Below are positions 34,345-38,885 of a stretch of DNA of 38,885 nucleotides, piece by piece. Both the position numbers and the translations under genes were made by a program. The stretch's first letter is position 1. The number at the start of each line of letters is the position of its first letter. Under the pieces are notes generated by a model. It was not told where the DNA came from, made no database searches, and saw nothing but the letters and a program-made list of their open reading frames with translations. Location of the stretch: IMG/VR virus record IMGVR_UViG_3300023213_000414. One strand, written 5' to 3'. The stretch comes from a virus.

Positions 34345-34536
34345 TCACTGCTTTTGGTTTAAGAACAGATGACCGGCCAGGACCCCGGCGAAGAAGGGAA
34401 TCGACATATGCTGACGTGCTGCCTTAGTGATGACGTAGGATAACGTCGCCTGATCGCCATGGAGTAAGTAGATAACAAAATCGTAAGCCAGCAAGAAACC
34501 GACCACGGAGAGAATTACGATACTGGTCAGTTTCAT
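34345..34536 (-). CDS. Small two-TM membrane protein (63 aa)
   Basis: Hydrophobic segments IVILSVVGFLLAYDFVIYLL and IPFFAGVLAGHLFL. Confidence 0.5.
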   Translation of the reverse strand: MKLTSIVILSVVGFLLAYDFVIYLLHGDQATLSYVITKAARQHMSIPFFAGVLAGHLFLNQKQ

Positions 34537-34538
34537 TA

Positions 34539-34862
34539 CTATTCCATTTCTCGGAGGGCTTGGCGGCCCCGATTACCCGATTCGGTGCAGAGAGCTACTG
34601 TCCAATGCATATCTTTAGCATAAAAATCCAACGCCTCCCTCGCTACCCTAAGCCGCCTGATCAATTCCTTCACGGTTTGGGGATTGGCGGCGGCGATGAA
34701 TCGCCCATCAGCAATTTCTCTGACCGCTCCAGTGTTTGGTTCATGATGGCTCGATTGAAATAGATTCGATGATGGGCCATGAATATACCCATGGCAATTA
34801 CAAGTCCACTCTCCCGAAGTCGCCTCATCACATAGCTTTTCGAGTTCGGTGAGGGAGATCAT
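34539..34862 (-). CDS. Ead/Ea22-like protein
   Basis: EATSGEWTC...IADGRFIAAANPQTVKELIRRLRVAREAL matches the characteristic Ead/Ea22-like pattern (W..., FIAAA.P..v..L). Confidence 0.6.
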   Translation of the reverse strand: MISLTELEKLCDEATSGEWTCNCHGYIHGPSSNLFQSSHHEPNTGAVREIADGRFIAAANPQTVKELIRRLRVAREALDFYAKDMHWTVALCTESGNRGRQALREME

Positions 34863-35305
34863 TGGTCAGTGTAATTGTCGTCGCTGTCATCCAGCCCACA
34901 ATCCCCTCTAGTCTTATGCTCATCACAAAATAGACGAAATTCTTTACCAAGGGGATCTGAGGAATGGCCCTGATTACAGTATTTCTTTTTAAGGAATTTC
35001 TTTACTGTGCTAGCCTTTTGGCATCCCTCTTGATCGCAGAATTCACCTTCACCAGCAAAATAGGCGTGACCGGCTTCAGCGGCCTTATGGAATTGAGCGT
35101 AAAGAAATCCACAAGCTGTCTCGATATTATAGAAGCCGGTTTCGTATCTGACTTGCCCCTTTCTCAGAAATTTAACGCTGGCAGAAATTCGCCATTCATC
35201 TCCACTTAGTTCACTAGTCTTGTATCTAGGTACAGTTTGAATCCTGATTTCATCGAACGCTTGTGCATCTGGACGAATAGCCCGACTTTCTTTTTTACCT
35301 AACAT
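34859..35305 (-). CDS. Hypothetical Cys-containing protein (148 aa)
   Basis: ORF with ATGA coupling to the downstream gene. Confidence 0.45.
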   Translation of the reverse strand: MLGKKESRAIRPDAQAFDEIRIQTVPRYKTSELSGDEWRISASVKFLRKGQVRYETGFYNIETACGFLYAQFHKAAEAGHAYFAGEGEFCDQEGCQKASTVKKFLKKKYCNQGHSSDPLGKEFRLFCDEHKTRGDCGLDDSDDNYTDQ

Positions 35306-35705
35306 TTCTTCTCACCCATTTTCGCATTCGCACCCATCGTTTCTCTGGAATTTCTTCAGATCTCTTGTATTCGAAATCTCGATCATTTTCATGGGCGATT
35401 TCCGCCGCCATCGCTGGCGCAATATTAAAAAGCTTAGCCACTTGTTCTCGGTCGTATGGATCGACTTCCGAGAGGTCTAATCCGCGAGCCTTACAAATGA
35501 CACCCATTGTGCAGCACTCGCCTTCAGGCGTAACCAATTCCTCGGCGATAAGCCGTTTCTCCGTCATCGCATCCATAGCTGTGGCGAGTTCTCTCAAGAA
35601 AGCCTGCCCTCTTTTTCCTTTGATTGATTGAGCCACGGCTTGTTGCCAAAACTCAGGCGGCATTCCATCGCCATCCCAATCATCCGAGTAACCGCTTCGA
35701 CCCAT
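35295..35705 (-). CDS. Conserved prophage-type hypothetical protein (136 aa)
   Basis: The ORF pattern GKRGQAFLRELATAMDAM...CCTMGVICKARG...NIAPAMAAEIAHEND is recalled from prophage hypothetical proteins. Function unknown. Confidence 0.45.
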   Translation of the reverse strand: MGRSGYSDDWDGDGMPPEFWQQAVAQSIKGKRGQAFLRELATAMDAMTEKRLIAEELVTPEGECCTMGVICKARGLDLSEVDPYDREQVAKLFNIAPAMAAEIAHENDRDFEYKRSEEIPEKRWVRMRKWVRRNVR

Positions 35706-35707
35706 GA

Positions 35708-36283
35708 TTATTTTCCCTTCTCCATCTCAATCAATTCCCCATACTCCACGGTCCCGCCCTCAAGTCTACCGCAGATGATTCGTTTCTCTTCTGGAGTCGG
35801 TAGCCGCCAAAGACAGAGGCCAGAGAATATTCTTAAGCCGCCTTTCAGGGATTTCTTGCAAAGGATCGATGTTCCCGCTTCGATGCCCCAACCCGCTTCG
35901 ATGCCCCCACCCGCTTCGATGCCCCAACCCGCTTCGATGCCCTCACCCGCTTCGATGCCCTCACCCGCTTTGATGCCCCAACCCGCTTCGATGCCCCAAC
36001 CCGCTTTGATGCCCCAACCCGCTTCGATGCCCCCACCCGCTTCGATGCCCCAACCCGCTTTGATGCCCCCACCCGCTTCGATGCCCCCACCCGCTTCGAT
36101 GCCCTCACCCGCTTCGATGCCCCAACCCGCTTTGATGCGAGTCTTAGCTTTAAGCGATCCCGAGACTTTTAACCATTTTTCACCTAAGTCGATTTCTATT
36201 TCGGCATCGGATTCAATAGAACCTTGGAATTCATAGGCCCAACCAATATCAACGAGACCGGGGTAGTTTTGGGTGATTTTCAT
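35708..36283 (-). CDS. Hexapeptide tandem-repeat protein (14 x GxGI[E/K]A), predicted beta-helical, acidic
   Basis: 191-aa ORF on the same strand as its neighbours and ATGA-coupled at 36280..36283. It has unique N- and C-terminal regions flanking the repeat. The other open frames across the repeat are low-complexity artefacts. Confidence 0.6.
   Translation of the reverse strand: MKITQNYPGLVDIGWAYEFQGSIESDAEIEIDLGEKWLKVSGSLKAKTRIKAGWGIEAGEGIEAGGGIEAGGGIKAGWGIEAGGGIEAGWGIKAGWGIEAGWGIKAGEGIEAGEGIEAGWGIEAGGGIEAGWGIEAGTSILCKKSLKGGLRIFSGLCLWRLPTPEEKRIICGRLEGGTVEYGELIEMEKGK
35874..36138. repeat. Tandem array: 14 complete copies plus one partial copy of an 18-nt unit (CCCGCTTCGATGCCCCAA)
   Basis: I split the array by hand into 18-mers. 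Copies differ only at unit positions 8 (C/T), 16 (C/T) and 17 (A/C). Confidence 0.95.
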
Positions 36284-36564
36284 TCTTCAATCTTTCTTAT
36301 GTCTATCAGACAGACGGTGAAATCTCCAAAATCGCTAATATGCCACTCGATAGAATCGAACCTGGTCCGACCATCAAGATGTTGTCTACCGAAAGTTTTG
36401 TTAACTTTCTTCAATTCCTCTCGAAGAATAGCGTTGGCTCGTCTAGTTATTGATTGCGCCAATACGACGTCCATTTCTTTGCGGGCATTTTCTGGCTCAC
36501 ACCAACATTGAGCGAATTCGCTTGGATCAAAAAAATTCTGCCAATCCCGAGGGGGCATTACCAC
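36280..36564 (-). CDS. Hypothetical protein (94 aa)
   Basis: ORF ATGA-coupled to the repeat-protein gene. Confidence 0.45.
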   Translation of the reverse strand: MVMPPRDWQNFFDPSEFAQCWCEPENARKEMDVVLAQSITRRANAILREELKKVNKTFGRQHLDGRTRFDSIEWHISDFGDFTVCLIDIRKIEE

Positions 36565-36616
36565 TCCTCATTACCAACAAATGTTTTTCTTACAATTGTG
36601 GATTGGTAACCCCGTC

Positions 36617-36799
36617 TTAGCCATTTCGATCACCGCCCCTCTTTACAGACAAAATCTGAAGAATCATTTTCTTATTTTTCCCAAACCCAAATGTTCTCCG
36701 TTGTGGAGCGTAACCTCTCTCTAATAAGAAATTGTTCACGGCCATTCGATACATCTCTTTTTCTGATTCGGATAAAGATAAGAAAACCTTCAGGCTCAT
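36617..36799 (-). CDS. Hypothetical protein (60 aa)
   Basis: I prefer the ATG at 36799 (MSLKVFLSLSE...), which forms an ATGA overlap with the upstream stop. The track start is 36820. Confidence 0.4.
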   Translation of the reverse strand: MSLKVFLSLSESEKEMYRMAVNNFLLERGYAPQRRTFGFGKNKKMILQILSVKRGGDRNG

Positions 36800-37179
36800 T
36801 TCACGATATCCCCAAGACACCAGACACGCATTAAACCATTCTTATCTTTTCTAGATAGCGATCTCTTTGATCTACTAGAAAGACTCTGTCGCAATTTCGT
36901 AACTTGATATGGTGTAAGATTACCAATGGAATCTCCGTATATCATCCTTTTCGCAATTTCCGAAAACGGAACTCCTGACATAGAAGAATGTAGTGGGATT
37001 GGAATGCCTTTTTCTATTCCTAAGTTATTTAATTCTGAATTTGTATCCATCAAAACATCTCCATTCCTTTCCATACTGCCCATGCCACTAACATTAAATA
37101 TCCGATCGAGAACAGCCCCAAGAGAATCTCTTCTGTAGTAATAGGGCCTTTCATTTCTGATCCCTGAGCTCCCTATCAA
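36796..37179 (-). CDS. Hypothetical protein (up to 127 aa; start uncertain)
   Basis: The track start overlaps the upstream gene by 29 nt. Internal Met codons are possible starts. Confidence 0.4.
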   Translation of the reverse strand: MIGSSGIRNERPYYYRRDSLGAVLDRIFNVSGMGSMERNGDVLMDTNSELNNLGIEKGIPIPLHSSMSGVPFSEIAKRMIYGDSIGNLTPYQVTKLRQSLSSRSKRSLSRKDKNGLMRVWCLGDIVK

Positions 37180-37339
37180 CCACCTCTATCTGTGCCTCAA
37201 GCATCTGAGCCGAGAGGCTGAAATCATCCCTAGCTCTGAGTAACCCGAGCCGGTATCCTTGAAGCCATGCTTTAAAAAGAGGATTGGGTTCGGGTTTGTT
37301 GATATGGGAAGACAGAATCTTGGTTTTTTCCTTTGGCAT
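37151..37339 (-). CDS. Hypothetical protein (62 aa)
   Basis: ORF in the early minus-strand block, diverging from the methyltransferase-like gene. Confidence 0.4.
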   Translation of the reverse strand: MPKEKTKILSSHINKPEPNPLFKAWLQGYRLGLLRARDDFSLSAQMLEAQIEVVDRELRDQK

Positions 37340-37392
37340 TGCCTAGGTCTTCTAACCAATCCTAGAGAGATTCTCAATGGGAAAATTCATTT

Positions 37393-37953
37393 ATGAAGGT
37401 ATTAATCGCATGTGAATTTAGCGGGCTTGTAAGAGAGGCATTTAAAGCCAAAGGGCATGATGCTTGGTCTTGTGATTTGCTCCCTACGGAAATTCCTGGG
37501 CAACACATCCAAGGTGACGTTCTTTCAGTTTTAGCCAATGGTTGGGATTTAATGGTTTGTCATCCCCCGTGTACTCACCTTGCCGTATCAGGGGCAAGAT
37601 GGTTCAAAGACAAGCAAAAAGAACAGATAGAAGCACTTGGGTTTGTTAGGAAATTGCTTGCCGCCCCGATAGATAAAATAGCCCTAGAAAATCCCGTCAG
37701 TATCATTAGTTCTAAAATCAGGAAACCAGACCAAATTATCCAGCCTTGGCAATTTGGGCATGGAGAAACAAAGGCTACTTGTCTTTGGCTAAAGAACCTT
37801 CCGTTATTGATTCCAACACAGATTGTGTCAGGACGAGAAAACAGAGTTCATAGAATGGCGCCATCCGATGACCGATGGAAGGAACGTAGCAGAACCTTTC
37901 AGGGCATAGCAAAAGCAATGGGGGAACAGTGGTCATTTGTTGTCAATGGATAG
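37393..37953 (+). CDS. Compact DNA (cytosine-5) methyltransferase-like protein (186 aa)
   Basis: Motif I-like IACEFSG, catalytic PPC motif (CHPPCTHLAVSG), and ENP in place of ENV (ALENPVS). Much shorter than canonical C5 methyltransferases and has no obvious target-recognition domain. Confidence 0.55.
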   Translation: MKVLIACEFSGLVREAFKAKGHDAWSCDLLPTEIPGQHIQGDVLSVLANGWDLMVCHPPCTHLAVSGARWFKDKQKEQIEALGFVRKLLAAPIDKIALENPVSIISSKIRKPDQIIQPWQFGHGETKATCLWLKNLPLLIPTQIVSGRENRVHRMAPSDDRWKERSRTFQGIAKAMGEQWSFVVNG

Positions 37954-37972
37954 TCGCCTTCATATCTTTCGT

Positions 37973-38179
37973 TTAGACCACCATCGGTCCATCATCCTTC
38001 ATTTTTATTCCAGGTGCCTTGGGATCTCTTTCTTTTCTTAGACCGAGACTGTGTCTTAGACAGCTTTGATGGAATGGGAACTTCTGTTTGTAAAGGATGA
38101 GGGATTGTTTCAGGGCAATTTCCTTAGAACATCCCTTACAAATTGGAAACGGACGTGGATTTCTTTCTAACTTAATCAC
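37973..38179 (-). CDS. Hypothetical Cys-containing protein (68 aa)
   Basis: ORF with CKGC...H..C, ATGA-coupled with the upstream ORF. Confidence 0.4.
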   Translation of the reverse strand: MIKLERNPRPFPICKGCSKEIALKQSLILYKQKFPFHQSCLRHSLGLRKERDPKAPGIKMKDDGPMVV

Positions 38180-38358
38180 CCAGGTTTAATCTTGTCTAAG
38201 CCCGTCTCCCTTAGGAAGCGTTGTTTTCCTAACTGAGACAAAGGAATCCAGTATTTATCCCAAATGGAAACTATTCTGGGATTATCCATCCTCGGGTTTC
38301 TGTGCCAGAACCGAAGGCATTTCTTGAGAAGATAAGCATCTGAACCCCTATCCACCAC
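38176..38358 (-). CDS. Hypothetical protein (60 aa), first gene of the leftward early block
   Basis: ORF directly adjacent to the control region. Confidence 0.4.
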   Translation of the reverse strand: MVDRGSDAYLLKKCLRFWHRNPRMDNPRIVSIWDKYWIPLSQLGKQRFLRETGLDKIKPG

Positions 38359-38758
38359 AGTGTTATACCTATCCTAGACACATAGTGTCAATACTGAAAA
38401 TTAATGAGATGGGGGGAAGGTGTATCAGAGCAATCACTCCCTCACTCCTCATACTAAGCCCTTCGTCTTATCGTATTTATACCCTGCGATACGTATTCTA
38501 TTGCTTTGAATTATGCTGAGCGTCTTCGTGTCTATGCGTATTTATGCGGTGCTAACTATATGATTGCATTGCATAGACAGTATTATCAGACGCATAGACT
38601 ATCGGTACATGTCCTGTTTCACACCGTTCACTAAAGGTCACTTCGAGTTAAGCCCAATCAGTTACCCAATGATTTAGAGGAATTGGACGAAAGAAAAATC
38701 GTGAACGTAAAATATATATATATGTGTATATGACAACCTTGGGGGGTCTAGTTTTCGA
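38359..38758. promoter_or_regulatory. Divergent early control region (continues into 1..172 on the circle) with repeated motifs and an AT-rich tract
   Basis: About 572 nt without convincing ORFs between divergent gene blocks. GCATAGAC occurs 3 times (38571..38578, 38592..38599, inverted at 38530..38537). CTTCGT..CGTATTTAT occurs twice (38461..38480, 38524..38545). Palindrome GACACATAGTGTC at 38377..38389. (AT)n/TGTATATG tract at 38711..38732. TAATGCAC twice at 148..155 and 158..165. Confidence 0.5.
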
Positions 38759-38885
38759 CTTCGTACACTCGGTTTGTACCATTCTTCTATTCTCCCGTTA
38801 TCCCTCACATTCACAGCGCATCAACACAGTGCTCTCGCAGGAAACCGTGTATTTGCACGCCCTGAACTAAGACATTGACCATTCC
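38759..38885. repeat. Terminal direct repeat, copy 2 (identical to 1..127)
   Basis: Same 127-nt string as the window start. Consistent with a circular-assembly overlap or a short direct terminal repeat. Confidence 0.95.

Larger units (their letters stand above)
1..38885. mobile_element. Complete tailed dsDNA phage genome (unique length 38,758 bp), podovirus-like module order
   Basis: Identical 127-nt ends. Full set of terminase, portal, scaffold, capsid, tail fibre, endolysin and recombination genes. No flanking bacterial housekeeping genes. Confidence 0.8.

Noticed and set aside
35874-36138. CRISPR array.
   Set aside because: The 18-nt units are directly abutting with no spacers, and they sit inside a coding frame.
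35628-36236. Plus-strand ORF of 202 aa (PASMPQPASMP...) and the minus-strand alternative-frame ORF 35845..36108 (VGASKRVGASKR...).
   Set aside because: Both are open only because the 18-nt repeat has no stop codon in those frames, and they are pure low-complexity repeat. The GxGIEA frame has unique N- and C-terminal regions and is ATGA-coupled to its neighbour on the operon strand.

Overview
The window is one complete tailed dsDNA phage genome. Nt 1..127 are identical to nt 38759..38885, so the unique length is 38,758 bp, either circularly closed or terminally redundant.

There are four transcription blocks:
- **Plus-strand early/recombination block (173..6106):** PD-(D/E)XK exonuclease, RecT and several small unknown genes.
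- **Long minus-strand late block (27558 down to 6107):** an HTH protein (possible small terminase), four Ser/Thr/Asn/Gly-rich proteins (two with signal peptides), a His-rich protein, a large terminase split into two ORFs, portal, scaffold, major capsid, tail proteins, tail fibre, a three-gene accessory island and three large putative internal-virion proteins.
- **Plus-strand block (27557..30448):** includes an M15 endolysin and ends at a clear terminator.
- **Minus-strand early block (38358 down to 30545):** endonuclease VII, an Ead/Ea22-like protein, exported Cys-rich proteins and a hexapeptide tandem-repeat protein. A compact C5-methyltransferase-like gene lies on the opposite strand.

The architecture is podovirus-like: I see no tape measure, tube or sheath. 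I also recognise no DNA polymerase, RNA polymerase, integrase or canonical repressor. Genes are packed tightly, and 4-nt ATGA stop/start overlaps are the usual junction.

The most interesting items:
- a roughly 470-nt ORF-free, GC-enriched, hairpin-dense region (32308..32776), which could be a structured RNA or a replication origin;
- the split large terminase;
- a protein built from 14 perfect 18-nt repeats that differ only at non-synonymous positions;
- exported proteins inside the late operon;
- an island of GNAT, 2OG-oxygenase-like and lipoprotein mini-metzincin genes within the tail module.

All functional calls rest on motifs I recognise by eye in the supplied translations. No database search was run. 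The host cannot be determined from the sequence.
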